Shown here one piece after another: positions 24,320-38,459 of a stretch of DNA of 64,000 nt; position 1 is the first letter of the stretch, and each line of letters starts with the position of its first letter. A model generated the notes under the pieces. It was not told the DNA's origin. It made no database searches and worked only from the letters and a program-made list of their open reading frames with translations. A program made the position numbers and the translations under genes. Source of the DNA: Macrostomum lignano. Taxonomy: Eukaryota. The stretch covers positions 124,001 through 188,000 of the forward strand of contig NIVC01001263.1 in NCBI GenBank assembly GCA_002269645.1, written 5' to 3'.

Positions 24320-25095
24320 CTCAGATGTGAGAGGAAAGGAGAGAGAAGAGGAAATAAGGAGATAAGAGATGAGAGAAGATATATGGGAAGTGAGAAGAGA
24401 TGAGAGCAGATAATAGGAGAGAGGAGAGAAGAGAGAATAAGGGGACGGGGAGCTAGGAGAGAAGGGGAGAGGAGAGAAGGGGAGAGAGGAGAGAAGGGGA
24501 GAGGAGAGAAGGGGAGAGGAGAGAAGGGGAGAGGAGAGAAGGGGAGAGGAGAGAAGGGGAGAGAGGAGAGAAGGGGAGAGGAGAGAAGGGGAGAGGAGAG
24601 AAGGGGAGAGGAGAGAAGGGGAGAGGAGAGAAGAAGGGGAGATGAGAGAAGGGGAGAGGAGAAAATAAGGGGAGAGGAGAGAAGGGGAGAGGAGAGAAGG
24701 GGAGAGGAGAGAATAAGGGGAGAGGAGAGAAGGGGAGAGAAGGGGAGAGGAGAGAAGGGGAGAGGAGAGAAGGGGAGAGGAGAGAAGAAGGGGATAGAGG
24801 AGAGTAGGGGGAAGAGAGGAGAAGAAGGGGAGAGGAGAGAAGAAGGGGATAGAGGAGAGTAGGGGGAAGAGAAGAGAAGAAGGGGAGAGGAGAGAAGAAG
24901 TGGATAGAGGAGAGTAGGGGGAAGAGAGGAGAAGAAGGGGAGAGGAGAGAAGAAGAGGATAGAGGAGAGTAGGGGGAAGAGAGAAGGGGAGAGGAGAGAA
25001 TGGGAGAGGAGAGAAGGGGAGACGAGAGAAGAAGGGGATAGGGGAGAGTAGGGGGGAGAGAGGAGAAGAAGGGAGAGACGAGAGAACAAGGGGAG
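24320..25095. repeat. Purine-only (GA-rich) array with core ggggagaggagagaa
   Basis: Directly visible polypurine tract of ~770 bp. Confidence 0.95.
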
Positions 25096-25961
25096 AAACC
25101 TTGATCGGGCCGGATTGCTACAGTGAATTTTCAAAAAGGCGGACAGAGAGGCTTGGCGGGCCGGAGTTTGCCGGCCACTGCCTTATATTCGTGAGGTCTT
25201 CTTTCTACTCTAAGGGATTTCACGCAAGCTGGCATGAGATTCTGCTGCTTTTGTTCTCATTTCCCCCTTGGTTAAATTTGGTTGGCATTTTCCTGTCATT
25301 GCAGCTATAAAGAACTTCGAAAAACTGGCCAGCACATCAACCCCAAAGCCTGCATGCACGATAAACAAAGTCAAGAGAGAGAGAGGAGAGTCACGCTCGT
25401 ATTCGCATCCAAGAGCCACTCTGGGTGGGCCTCATTCGTATTTGTTTGTGAACAAGTTTCTCTCGGCTGTGCAGCCGGCTGGTTGTGGCTGCGAACGCAT
25501 CAAAATTAGTGTTATGAAATTGAGCTGCAGCGGAGGCAGGGAACGGGGCCCAGGGCAGGTTCACAAGCCAGCGACGGCAGTAGGGAGAGCCGCTCCGTTC
25601 CCACGGCGGCTCCGCACGGTGCAGCAGGGGCGGCACGCGAGTTTTTCGTGAAGTTCTTTGTTCGGCAGCCGCCCCAGCCGCCCCAAATATCTGTTAACCG
25701 GCCCGCTCTGCTCCGACCCACTTTCGCTAACATTAACAATAATTCGCGCCCCAGCAGTGTCTGATTTCGCATGCATTTGGCATTCGCTGTTCCATTTAGC
25801 CAGCCCAGGCCAGCCGGTGGGAAAGCGATGCCACCACAAATTGGACACTCACAGGGGGGAGGGAAGCGCTTGCCGAGCTCGCATTCTTGGCACCTTGGCA
25901 CATTGCTACGTGCTTTGGTTATGGCTTGCCGCGCTAACTGTTGCCACTGTTGGATTGGAGG

Positions 25962-27025
25962 ATGAGATTGGAGTAGAATGGCATGAGATTGGAATAGAAT
26001 GGTATGAGATTGAGTACAATGGCATGAGATTAGAGAAAAATAGCATGAGATTGGAGTAGAATGGTATGAGATTGGAGTAGAATGGTATGAGATTGGAGTA
26101 GAATGGCATGAGATTGAGTAGAATGGTATGAGATTGGAGTAGAATGGCATTAAATTGAAGTAGAATGCTATGAGATTGGAGTAGAATGGTATGAGACTGG
26201 AGTAGAATGGCATGAGACTGGACTAGAATGGTATGAGATTGGAGTAGAATGGCATGAGATTGGAACAGAATGGCATGAAATTGGAGTAGAATGGTATGAG
26301 ATTGGAGTAGAATGGCATGAGACTGGAGTAGAATGGTATGAGATTGAAGTAGAATGGCATAAGATTGGAGTATAATGGCATGAGATTGGAGTAGAATGGC
26401 ATTAGATTGGAGTAGAATGGCATGAGATCGGAGTAGAATGGCATTAGATTGAAGTAGAATGCTATGAGATTGGAGCAGAATGGCATGAGATTGGAGTAGA
26501 ATGGTATGAGATTGGAGTAGAATGGTATGAGATTGGAGTAGAATGGCATGAGATTGGAGTAGAATGGCATTAGATTGGAGTAGAATGGCATGAGATCGGA
26601 GTAGAATGGCATTAGATTGAAGTAGAATGCTATGAGATTGGAGTAGAATGGCATGAGACTGGAGTATAATGGCATGAGATTGGAGTAGAATGGCATTAGA
26701 TTGGAGTAGAATGGCATGAGATCGGAGTAGAATGGCATTAGATTGAAGTAGAATGCTATGAGATTGGAGCAGAATGGCATGAGATTGAGTAGAATGGCAT
26801 GAGATTGGAGTAGAATGGCATGAGACTGGAGTAGAATGGCATGAGATTGGAGTAGAATGGTATGAGATTGGAGCAGAATAGCATGAGATTGGAGTAGAAT
26901 GGCATTAGATTAAAGTAGAATGCTATGAGATTGGAGCAGAATGGTATGAGATTGGAGTAGAATGGCATGAGATTGGAGTAGAATGGCATGAGATTGGAGT
27001 AGAATGGCATGAAATGGAGTAGAAT
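25962..27025. repeat. 21-bp minisatellite (gagattggagtagaatggcat)n
   Basis: Directly visible, ~50 copies. Confidence 0.95.
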
Positions 27026-27659
27026 GGCGCGATATGGAAAAAAGACAACATGGAATCGGAGAATGACGCGAGATTCAGCACTGTTCCGGTGTTCATGGAA
27101 TGTGCCCAATCTTATCAATAAAATTCAATTATTTAGTTCCTGAGCCGAAAGCCAATTCGATAACAATAGTCCGCAGACAGGCGCGGCTGAGGAAGTCCCT
27201 GGACCGTCCGTTCCCACGTGCCCGTTTGACGCCAAGGGCAAGAACCCGCGGCGGGCGGGCGGGCACAAGAGAAAGTGTGTAAGTTTAGCTTTGGCCCCGG
27301 CTTAACTTGAGGCAGCTCCGTGGGAAACTCCCCGGCCCAAGCAGCCCCAGCCTCCCCCCACGCGGCTTCCCATGGGGCTGGCGGCACTGGGAGCCCGCAG
27401 ACTGCAGCCATGGGAATTCGGGCGGCTGGGGAGGCACCGAAGTTTTCCCACTTCGCAGCGGGCGGCGGAGTTATTGAATTCTCTTGTCCGAATCGCGGAA
27501 GAAAAGCAACATTTTGAACAATTTCTAAGGCCGGAACTGGGCGCTGGTTCCCCCAATTTAGATTGCCGATCTTGTGGGAGCATCCCGGTTTCTGATTCTA
27601 TGCAACCTCGAAAGGTTGAAATTCGCGAAACAGGCTGGATTGTTCGTTTCCTGCGCCTG

Positions 27660-28567
27660 ACCCCATGGATAATCTCTCACCGGAATCTCACCAAATGGAT
27701 AATCTGTCTCACCGGAATCTCACACAATGGATAATCTCCCACCGGAATCTCTCAACGGAATCTCAGCCGAATGGATAATCTCTCACCGGAATCTCACCCA
27801 AATGAATAATCTACCACCGGAATCTCACCCAGATGGATAATCTATCTCACGGGAATCTCACCCAAATGGATAATCTCCCCCCCGGAATCTCACCCAAATG
27901 GATAATCTCTCACCGGAATCTCACCAAATGGATAATCTGTCTCACCGGAATCTCTCAACGGAATCTCAGCCGAATGGATAATCTCTCACCGGAATCTCAC
28001 TCAGATGGATAATCTATCTCACGGGAATCTCACCCAAATGGATAATCTCCCCCCCGGAATCTCACCCAAATGGATAATCTCTCACCGGAATCTCACCAAA
28101 TGGATAATCTGTCTCACCGGAATCTCACACAATGGATAATCTATCTCACCGAATCTCACGCAATTTATAATCTGTCTCACCGGAATCTCACCCAATGGAT
28201 TATCTCTCACAATAATCTCACCCAATGGATAATCCGTCTCACTAGAATCTCACGCAATGGATAATCTTTCACAGGAATCTCACGCAATTGATAGTCTCTC
28301 ACCGGAATCTCACCCCATGGATAATCTCCCACCGGAATATCACTCATATGGATAATCTCCCACCGGAATATAACCCAAATGGATAATCTCCCACCGGAAT
28401 CTCACCCAAATGGATAACCTCACACCGGAATCTCACCCCATGGATAATCTCCCACCGGAATCTCACCCAAATGGATAACCTCCCACCGGAATCTCACCCA
28501 AATGGATAACCTCTCACCAGAATCTCACCCAAATGGATAATCTCCCACCGGAATCTCACGCAATGGA
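27660..28567. repeat. ~30-bp degenerate minisatellite (atggataatctctcaccggaatctcacccaa)n
   Basis: Directly visible. Confidence 0.93.
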
Positions 28568-28932
28568 TGTGTTGCACAAGAATCTAAAATAAGCTTGAAG
28601 CCGCTAAGAAAACTGCTCAAGTTTAAGCGAGTGCAAAATAATCAAAAAATGATTAACAAACAGTTCAAATCAGGTCAGCCAATGTATTTCTGTCAGCAAT
28701 ATGAGAATGGCTGCGTATGGAACGAATTGCGCAACGGGCGCTCAATTAAGTATAAAAATAGATGCGCAGGTGAACGATTTAACTCGGCTAGGAAATTGCC
28801 TGGCACCCATTGCCACTACTGTAAGTAGCATAATTCGCTCACACAGAATAAAATAGGTCAGAATTGTTTAGATTTTATTGTAATGTGAATTATCGAAATC
28901 GAAGTCAGACGAAAGGTCACTACAAGGTCACC

Positions 28933-31900
28933 CTAGGGCACGGTAGGCAGCTGGATGCCGGCGCACTCCACATAGACAGACTTGACCTGCGAGTAGGACC
29001 GCAGCGACTCCGCGCAATTCTCCCGGCCGAAGCCGGACATCTTGTAGCCGCCGAAAGGCACCCCGGGCGGGTAGGAGTTGTACGTGTTGATGTACAGGCT
29101 GCCCGCCTGCAGCTCGCCGATGACCCTGTGGGCCCGGGCCAGGTCCCGGGTGAACACGCCGCCCGACAGGCCGAACTCCGTGGCGTTCGCCCGCGCCACC
29201 GCCTCAGCCTCGGTGTCGAACTCCAGCAGGGTGAGCACCGCGCCGAAGATCTCTTCGCGGACGGCGCGCATCCCGTCGGAGCAGTTGGCCAGCACGCAGG
29301 GCCGCAGGAAGTGGCCGGTCTCCAGGCCGGGGACCTCGACGCGGTCGCCGCCGAACAGCCGCTTGGCGCCCTCGGCCTCGGCGGAGCCGATGTAGCCCAG
29401 GACCCGCTCGGCGTGCTGGCTGGAGATGCTGGCGCCGATGGCCGTCTCCGTCAGCATCGGGTCGCCAACTCGAAGGCCGGCGACCGCGCGCAGCAGGCGA
29501 TCGACGAAGTCGTCAAGGATGCGGCGTTCGACGAATACGCGGGCGGCGTTGCTGCACACCTGGGGATGGTGGGGTCATCCGAGGTTATCGACCTTACGTG
29601 GTAGCATTGTTGAAAGTTTCATGTGCTCTCTCTCTCTCTCTCTCAGACAGAGGAAGCTGGTGATGTGCCAGAGTGGCAGTGAGTTGGCTCAGGCTGGAAT
29701 GGATGCTGTTCAGAATGAAGCCGAGTTTTTAAGAACGGCCCATTTTTATCCAGCCGCCCAGATACACAAGGTGGAACTCGGACTCACCTGTCCCTGGCAG
29801 AGGTAATTAGCCAGCACGGCGCCTCGGACAGCTTCGTCCAGATCGGCATCGGCGAATATGATCAGCGGCGACTTGCCGCCCAGCTCCAGCGTCACTGGCC
29901 GGATCAACCGGCCGGCAGCCTCGGCCACCGCCTGTCCGCCAGCCACTCCGCCGGTGAAGGACACCTTCGCAATGTCTGGGTGTTTGACTAGAGCTCGGCC
30001 GGTGTCCGGGCCACCCTGCACTACGGAGAAGAGGCCGGCGGGCAGGCCAGCCTCGGCGTAGATCTCGGCCAGCTGCACGGCGCCCAGCGGGGTGAGCGGG
30101 GCGGGCTTAAACACCAGGCCGTTGCCGCAGGCCAGGGCTGGCGCGGATTTCCACACGGCCATCTGCGGGACCGCCGGCCATGACAAAAGTGCAGCTGTCC
30201 AACTAGTACTCGTAGAATAATTGAGGCCCAGCCCCAATGGGATAATACAGAAAATTGGGATTTTTTCAAACTTAAGCTACTAGAATGTATGTGGATCATC
30301 GTTTATTGCGGTCCAATGGCGGGATCCAGCAGCACAATAACGGGATTCGATAGCCTAATAGCGGGATCTGATAGTCTAATAGCGGGATCGGACAGCCTAA
30401 TAGCGGGATCGGACAGCCTAATAGCGGGATCGGACAGCCCAATAGCGGGATCGGACAGTCTAATAGCGGGATCGGACAGCCCAATAGCGGGATCCGTCAG
30501 CCCAATAGCGGGATCGGACAGCCCAATAGCGGGATCGGACAGCCCAATAGCGGGATAGGACAGTGAAACCGCAGCTCCACTTATTAAATATCGTTAAAAA
30601 GCTTTGCAAAAATAAATGAAACAATAAAGTATGCAATTCATGTTTAAAGATCGGCTTGCAATAAAATCTGTCGCTATTTTCGTGCCCGTAATAATAAAGT
30701 TCCCATCTTGGTAAGCGCACGTACAACTGCAACAAATAGCCAACAAAAGCGGTGAATTCGCCAAACCGAACCTGAAACGGATAATTCCAGGCGCCGATGC
30801 CAGCGCAGACTCCGAACGGCTCCCGCCTGGTGTAGTAGAACGAGCCGCCGGGCAGGTGCACGTGCTCGCCTGCCAGAGTGTGCGCCAGGCCGGAGAACAT
30901 CTGCAAGGTGTCCGCGCAGGCTTCAATGTCGGCGCTGGCTTCCCAGATTGGCTTGCCGGTGTCCAGCACCTCCACGGCGGCCAGGTGCTGCAGGCGGGCG
31001 CGGATGAGGCGGGCGGCTTCGCCCAGCTTCAAACTGCGCTCCAGGGGCGACGTCTCGCGCCATTTTGTGAATGCCTTCGGGCAAGGGAGTGCGGGTTACT
31101 CAGCTGCATCAGACTGGGCTACTCAGCTGCATCAGACTGGGCTACTCAGCTGCATCAGACTGGGTTACTCGGCTATAACCAAGGGTTACTCAGTTACAGA
31201 CAGTGTTACTCAGCTACATATTGTGTTACTCAGCTACAGACTGGGCCACTCAGCTACAGACAGGGCTGCTAAGCTACAGACAGGGCTGCTAAGCTACAGA
31301 CAGGGCTGCTAAGCTACAGACAAGGTTACTCAGCTACAGACTGGGCCACTCAGCTACAGACAGGGCTGCTAAGCTACAGACAGGGCTGCTAAGCTACAGA
31401 CAGGGCTACTCAGCTACAGACAGGGCTGCTAAGCTACAGACTGGGCTACTCAACTACAGACTGGGCCACTCAGCTACACACAGGGCTACTCAGCTACAGA
31501 CTGGGCTGCTAAGCTAAAGACTGGGCTACTCAGCTACAGACAAGGTTACTCAGCTACAGATTGGGCTACTTAACTACAGACAGGGCTACTCAGCGACTGG
31601 GCTACTCAGCTACAGACAGGGCTACTCAACTACAGATTGGGCCACTCAGCTACAGACAGGGCTGCTAAGCTACAGACTGGGCTACTCAGCTACAAACAGG
31701 GCTGCTAAGCTAGACTGGGCTACTCAGCTACAGACAGGGCTACTCAGCTACAGACAGAGCTACTCAACTACAGACTGGGCCACTCAGCTACAGACAGGGC
31801 TGCTAAGCTACAGATTGGGCTACTCAGCTACAGACTGGGTCACTCAGCTACAGACAGGGCTACTCAGCTACAGACTGGGCTACTCAGCTAGACAGGGCTA

Positions 31901-32281
31901 CTCAGCTACAGACAGGGCTACTCAGCTACAGACAGGGCTACTCAGCTAGACAGGGCTACTCAGCTACATGTACATCAGACTCAGGCGCCGCACCTCTTTA
32001 GAAGCGAGCACGGCCTTGTCGATATCGCTGGCCGTGGACTCCCGCACAGCGGCAGTCTTGTGCCCGCTGGCCGGGTACACATTGTCGAAAGCGGTGCCGC
32101 TGCCATCGCAGCGCTCCCCGTTGACGAAGTTGAGCTTGTCGGTGAGGCCGAGCGACTTCAGGGAGTCCAGCTTGGCCGCGCCGGAGGTTGTTGAAGTTGC
32201 AGCCGACGCCTTGGACTGAGCGGCAGCAAAGAGGCGGCAGCGGAACTGGGGCAGCAGGGAGGAGAAGCGGAGACGCTGCAT
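28933..32281 (-). CDS. ALDH9A1: Aldehyde dehydrogenase family 9 (4-trimethylaminobutyraldehyde/betaine aldehyde dehydrogenase), 530 aa, with a likely mitochondrial presequence
   Basis: Exons 32281-31994, 31074-30772, 30162-29788, 29559-28933, all phase 0. Motifs REPFGVCAGIGAWNYPFQ, WKSAPALACGN, KVSFTGG, LELGGKSP (catalytic Glu), GQVCSN (catalytic Cys), EEIFG, PFGGYKMSGFGREN. Confidence 0.95.
30335..30557. repeat. 21-bp minisatellite (aatagcgggatcggacagccc)n in ALDH9 intron 2
   Basis: Directly visible. Confidence 0.95.
31090..31965. repeat. ~21-bp minisatellite (gggctactcagctacagaca[c])n in ALDH9 intron 1
   Basis: Directly visible. Confidence 0.95.
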
Positions 32282-33073
32282 CTGGATTTTGGCGCAGCTC
32301 AGCTCAATGCGACAAAGAAGCGGTTTCTTTCAAAAGCAAGCAGTCAGCTTCAGATCTTGGCATGAATGAGTTTAGTTAGATCAGTCAAATTAGACTGCTA
32401 CTGAACTCTTGTTTCTTTAAATGTCCTACGCATTTCTATCTGTCTCTAAGGTGATGCCAAGGGCTCTTAAAAACTTCTCTGGACTGGCAGCGAGTCCAGC
32501 ACTGAAGAGGTGGAGAGGGAGAAGTGAGCAGCGTCTCATGAAACGCAGCAGCAACCTGACAACAGTCCATTGGATTTGCATTCAATCTGAACAAATGCAA
32601 TATAAAGCTGGGCACATTATATGGTCAGAGTATTTTACCTCCGTTAAACTCCCGAATTACAGCAACCTGTGCCACATCCATTCAAGATCCCAAAAAATAA
32701 ACAAAAGCCAAGACCGCAAGCCATGGATTTCTATCGAAAAATGCAAAAGAAACTTTCAGATCTTCCGGCCCCGCTTCAGATGCAAAAATACCGGGTGTGT
32801 CGGATCGCCACAGTCCATGATGCTGTATTGTTGGGGAATTTAGTAGAAAAAATAGCAAACAGACTGCTAATTCAGTGATTAAACAACAAGATGGACGCAG
32901 TTATACATCGCACTATATAAGCTAATTTGAGACTATCATTCACTGCAGATTAAGGGTTGCATTAGCCAGTCCGCTATTATAAGCTGCTAGTTGTTATTGA
33001 GACTAACTACTACTGACAGTACTGCATAGAGGTGGTAGAATCAGGTCAGCCATGACAGCCCTGGGCCGCAGGT

Positions 33074-33397
33074 TCAGGCGCTGAATTTGCCCAGGATGTC
33101 GGCATCGCGGAACAGGAAGTAGTCCGTGTCCTCCAGCGTCACCTTGGTGCCGCCGAACTCCGGCAGCAGCACCTTGTCGCCGACCTTCACGCTGACTGGC
33201 AGCGGCTGGCCCGAGGTCTCGCACAGCCGGCCGGGCCCGGTGGCAATGACGGTGGCCTCCAGCACTTTGCCTTTGGACTTCTCGGGCAGCAGGACGCCGC
33301 CTTTGGTTTTGAGCTGCGGCTCGAATCGCTGAACGAGGACGCGGTCGAACAGCGGCAGAAACTTGCTGGCGGCGGATCGGATGGCTGACAGATGCAT
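33074..33397 (-). CDS. HSPE1: 10-kDa chaperonin (HSP10/Cpn10), 107 aa; start codon uncertain
   Basis: KFLPLFDRVLVQR, TKGGVLLPE, VIATGPG, VKVGDKVLLPEFGGTKV, YFLFRDADILGK. Confidence 0.95.
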   Translation of the reverse strand: MHLSAIRSAASKFLPLFDRVLVQRFEPQLKTKGGVLLPEKSKGKVLEATVIATGPGRLCETSGQPLPVSVKVGDKVLLPEFGGTKVTLEDTDYFLFRDADILGKFSA

Positions 33398-33464
33398 TCT
33401 TGCGGTGGCGGCTGCTTGCGCAGGAGTGGTGGGCAGCGGCGGGGGATGTGAGCGGTTCGGCGAC

Positions 33465-36400
33465 AGACACTTCAACGAAGACACCCGAGTGACAGAAACC
33501 TAAATAGCAGACACCCGAGTGACAGAAACTTCAATGGTAGACACCCAAGAGACAGACACTTCAACGAAGACACCCGAGTGACAGAAACCTAAATAGCAGA
33601 CACCCGAGTGACAGAACTTCAATGGTAGACACCCAAGAGACATACACTTCAATAGCAGACACTCGAGAGACAGACACTTCAATAGCAGACACTCGAGAGA
33701 CATACACTTCAATAGCAGACACTCGAGAGACATACACTTCAATAGCAGACACTCGAGAGACATACACTTCAATAGCAGACACTCGAGAGACAGACACTTC
33801 AATAGCAGACACTCGAGAGACAGACACTTCAATAGCAGACACTCGAGAGACAGAACTTCAATGGTAGACACCCAAGAGACATACACTTCAATAGCAGACA
33901 CTCGAGAGACATACACTTCAATAGCAGACACTCGAGAGACATACACTTCAATAGCAGACACTCGAGAGACAGACACTTCAATAGCAGACACTCGAGAGAC
34001 AGACACTTCAATAGCAGACACTCGAGAGACAGACACTTCAATAGCAGACACTCGAGAGACATACACTTCAATAGCAGACACTCGAGAGACATACACTTCA
34101 ATAGCAGACACTCGAGAGACATACACTTCAATAGCAGACACTCGAGAGACATACACTTCAATAGCAGACACTCGAGAGACATACACTTCAATAGCAGACA
34201 CTCGAGAGACATACACTTCAATAGCAGACACTCGAGAGACATACACTTCAATAGCAGACACTCGAGAGACAGACACTTCAATAGCAGACACTCGAGAGAC
34301 ATACACTTCAATAGCAGACACTCGAGAGACAGACACTTCAATAGCAGACACTCGAGAGACATACACTTCAATAGCAGACACTCGAGAGACATACACTTCA
34401 ATAGCAGACACTCGAGAGACATACACTTCAATAGCAGACACTCGAGAGACATACACTTCAATAGCAGACACTCGAGAGACATACACTTCAATAGCAGACA
34501 CTCGAGAGACATACACTTCAATAGCAGACACTCGAGAGACAGACACTTCAATAGCAGACACTCGAGAGACATACACTTCAATAGCAGACACTCGAGAGAC
34601 ATACACTTCAATAGCAGACACTCGAGAGACATACACTTCAATAGCAGACACTCGAGAGACATACACTTCAATAGCAGACACTCGAGAGACATACACTTCA
34701 ATAGCAGACACTCGAGAGACAGACACTTCAATAGCAGACACTCGAGAGACATACACTTCAATAGCAGACACTCGAGAGACAGACACTTCAATAGCAGACA
34801 CTCGAGAGACATACACTTCAATAGCAGACACTCGAGAGACATACACTTCAATAGCAGACACTCGAGAGACATACACTTCAATAGCAGACACTCGAGAGAC
34901 ATACACTTCAATAGCAGACACTCGAGAGACATACACTTCAATAGCAGACACTCGAGAGACATACACTTCAATAGCAGACACTCGAGAGACAGACACTTCA
35001 ATAGCAGACACTCGAGAGACATACACTTCAATAGCAGACACTCGAGAGACATACACTTCAATAGCAGACACTCGAGAGACATACACTTCAATAGCAGACA
35101 CTCGAGAGACATACACTTCAATAGCAGACACTCGAGAGACAGACACTTCAATAGAGGACACCCGAATGACACTTCAATAGCAGACACTCGAGAGACATAC
35201 ACTTCAATAGCAGACACTCGAGAGACATACACTTCAATAGCAGACACTCGAGAGACAGACACTTCAATAGAGGACACCCGAATGACACTTCAATAGCAGA
35301 CACTCGAGAGACATACACTTCAATAGCAGACACTCGAGAGACATACACTTCAATAGGAGACACTCGAGAGACATACACTTCAATAGCAGACACTCGAGAG
35401 ACAGACACTTCAATAGCAGACACTCGAGAGACAGACACTTCAATAGCAGACACTCGAGAGACATACACTTCAATAGCAGACACTCGAGAGACATACACTT
35501 CAATAGCAGACACTCGAGAGACAGACACTTCAATAGAGGACACCGAATGACACTTCAATAGCAGACACTCGAGAGACATACACTTCAATAGCAGACACTC
35601 GAGAGACATACACTTCAATAGGAGACACTCGAGAGACATACACTTCAATAGCAGACACTCGAGAGACATACACTTCAATAGCAGACACTCGAGAGACAGA
35701 CACTTCAATAGCAGACACTCGAGAGACATACACTTCAATAGCAGACACTCGAGAGACATACACTTCAATAGCAGACACTCGAGAGACATACACTTCAATA
35801 GCAGACACTCGAGAGACATACACTTCAATAGCAGACACTCGAGAGACATACACTTCAATAGCAGACACTCGAGAGACATACACTTCAATAGCAGACACTC
35901 GAGAGACATACACTTCAATAGCAGACACTCGAGAGACATACACTTCAATAGCAGACACTCGAGAGACAGACACTTCAATAGCAGACACTCGAGAGACATA
36001 CACTTCAATAGCAGACACTCGAGAGACAGACACTTCAATAGCAGACACTCGAGAGACATACACTTCAATAGCAGACACTCGAGAGACATACACTTCAATA
36101 GCAGACACTCGAGAGACATACACTTCAATAGCAGACACTCGAGAGACATACACTTCAATAGCAGACACTCGAGAGACATACACTTCAATAGCAGACACTC
36201 GAGAGACATACACTTCAATAGCAGACACTCGAGAGACATACACTTCAATAGCAGACACTCGAGAGACAGACACTTCAATAGCAGACACTCGAGAGACATA
36301 CACTTCAATAGCAGACACTCGAGAGACATACACTTCAATAGCAGACACTCGAGAGACACTTCAATAGCAGACACCCGAGAGACAGACACTTCAATAGCAG

Positions 36401-38105
36401 ACACTCGAGAGACACTTCAATAGCAGACACCCGAGAGACATACACTTCAATAGCAGACACTCGAGAGACATACACTTCAATAGCAGACACTCGAGAGACA
36501 GACACTTCAATAGAGGACACCGAATGACACTTCAATAGCAGACACTCGAGAGACATACACTTCAATAGCAGACACTCGAGAGACATACACTTCAATAGCA
36601 GACACTCGAGAGACAGACACTTCAATAGAGGACACCCGAATGACACTTCAATAGCAGACACTCGAGAGACATACACTTCAATAGCAGACACTCGAGAGAC
36701 ATACACTTCAATAGGAGACACTCGAGAGACATACACTTCAATAGCAGACACTCGAGAGACAGACACTTCAATAGCAGACACTCGAGAGACAGACACTTCA
36801 ATAGCAGACACTCGAGAGACATACACTTCAATAGCAGACACTCGAGAGACATACACTTCAATAGCAGACACTCGAGAGACAGACACTTCAATAGAGGACA
36901 CCGAATGACACTTCAATAGCAGACACTCGAGAGACATACACTTCAATAGCAGACACTCGAGAGACATACACTTCAATAGGAGACACTCGAGAGACATACA
37001 CTTCAATAGCAGACACTCGAGAGACAGACACTTCAATAGCAGACACTCGAGAGACATACACTTCAATAGCAGACACTCGAGAGACATACACTTCAATAGC
37101 AGACACTCGAGAGACATACACTTCAATAGCAGACACTCGAGAGACATACACTTCAATAGCAGACACTCGAGAGACATACACTTCAATAGCAGACACTCGA
37201 GAGACATACACTTCAATAGCAGACACTCGAGAGACATACACTTCAATAGCAGACACTCGAGAGACATACACTTCAATAGCAGACACTCGAGAGACATACA
37301 CTTCAATAGCAGACACTCGAGAGACAGACACTTCAATAGCAGACACTCGAGAGACAGACACTTCAATAGCAGACACTCGAGAGACATACACTTCAATAGC
37401 AGACACTCGAGAGACATACACTTCAATAGCAGACACTCGAGAGACATACACTTCAATAGCAGACACTCGAGAGACATACACTTCAATAGCAGACACTCGA
37501 GAGACATACACTTCAATAGCAGACACTCGAGAGACATACACTTCAATAGCAGACACTCGAGAGACATACACTTCAATAGCAGACACTCGAGAGACAGACA
37601 CTTCAATAGAGGACACTCGAGAGACATACACTTCAATAGCAGACACTCGAGAGACATACACTTCAATAGCAGACACTCGAGAGACATACACTTCAATAGC
37701 AGACACTCGAGAGACACTTCAATAGCAGACACCCGAGAGACAGACACTTCAATAGCAGACACTCGAGAGACACTTCAATAGCAGACACCCGAGAGACATA
37801 CACTTCAATAGCAGACACTCGAGAGACACTTCAATAGCAGACACTCGAGAGACACTTCAATAGCAGACACCCGAGAGACAGACACTTCAACGGTAGACAC
37901 CGGAGTGACAGACACCTCAATGGTAGACACCGGAATGACAGACACCTGAGTGACAGAAACCTAAATAGCAGACACCCGAGTGACAGAAACTTCAATCGAA
38001 GACACCAGAGTGACAGACACTCGAGAGACGGACCCTTCAACGGTAGACACTGAAGTGACAAAAACTTTAATAAAAGACCCCGAGTGATATACTTCAATGG
38101 CAGAC
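33465..38105. repeat. 4.6-kb 30-bp minisatellite (cacttcaatagcagacactcgagagacata)n with degenerate margins and an internal 1358-bp duplication
   Basis: Directly visible; source of all VSAIEVYVSR, ECLLLKCMSL and IADTRETYTS ORFs. Confidence 0.98.
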
Positions 38106-38459
38106 ACCTGTAGACAAATAAAATAAAAATAACCAGAACTGCACCGCGGCAAAATCAAAAGTCACGTGACACGCAAAGCGATTTCTTAATCACTGTTTAT
38201 TAAAAGTACACTAAAAGCACACAGATATGCGCGCGGCAAGGCAACCAAAATTACTACTGCTAAAAAGCAGAAAACAGTGTATATAACTAGTCAGTGACAA
38301 CCATAAAGTATTATTGTTAGAATTGGTAGTCCGATAGACTATCCAGCACGATAGACTAATTATTTAAAGACTGGCGTATCTGGAGTAAAATATTATTATG
38401 GATAATTTAGGTGCGAAACTGCTGCTCTTAAGCTAGAAACTGGTTTTGAAGTATTTGAG

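Noticed and set aside
25100-27660. GC-rich non-repeat stretches and their short ORFs flanking the 21-bp array
   Set aside because: No protein motif, consistent exon chain or element boundaries could be supported.
28864-29806. Plus-strand ORFs opposite ALDH9, and similar antisense ORFs over SMG5, LDB, the lectin and the LINE
   Set aside because: Shadow ORFs typical of the antisense strand of GC-rich coding sequence.
33500-37762. 400-550-aa ORFs (VSAIEVYVSR, ECLLLKCMSL, IADTRETYTS)
   Set aside because: A 30-bp unit that is stop-free in several frames on both strands, with no unique flanking domain or signal peptide; best explained as a non-coding array.
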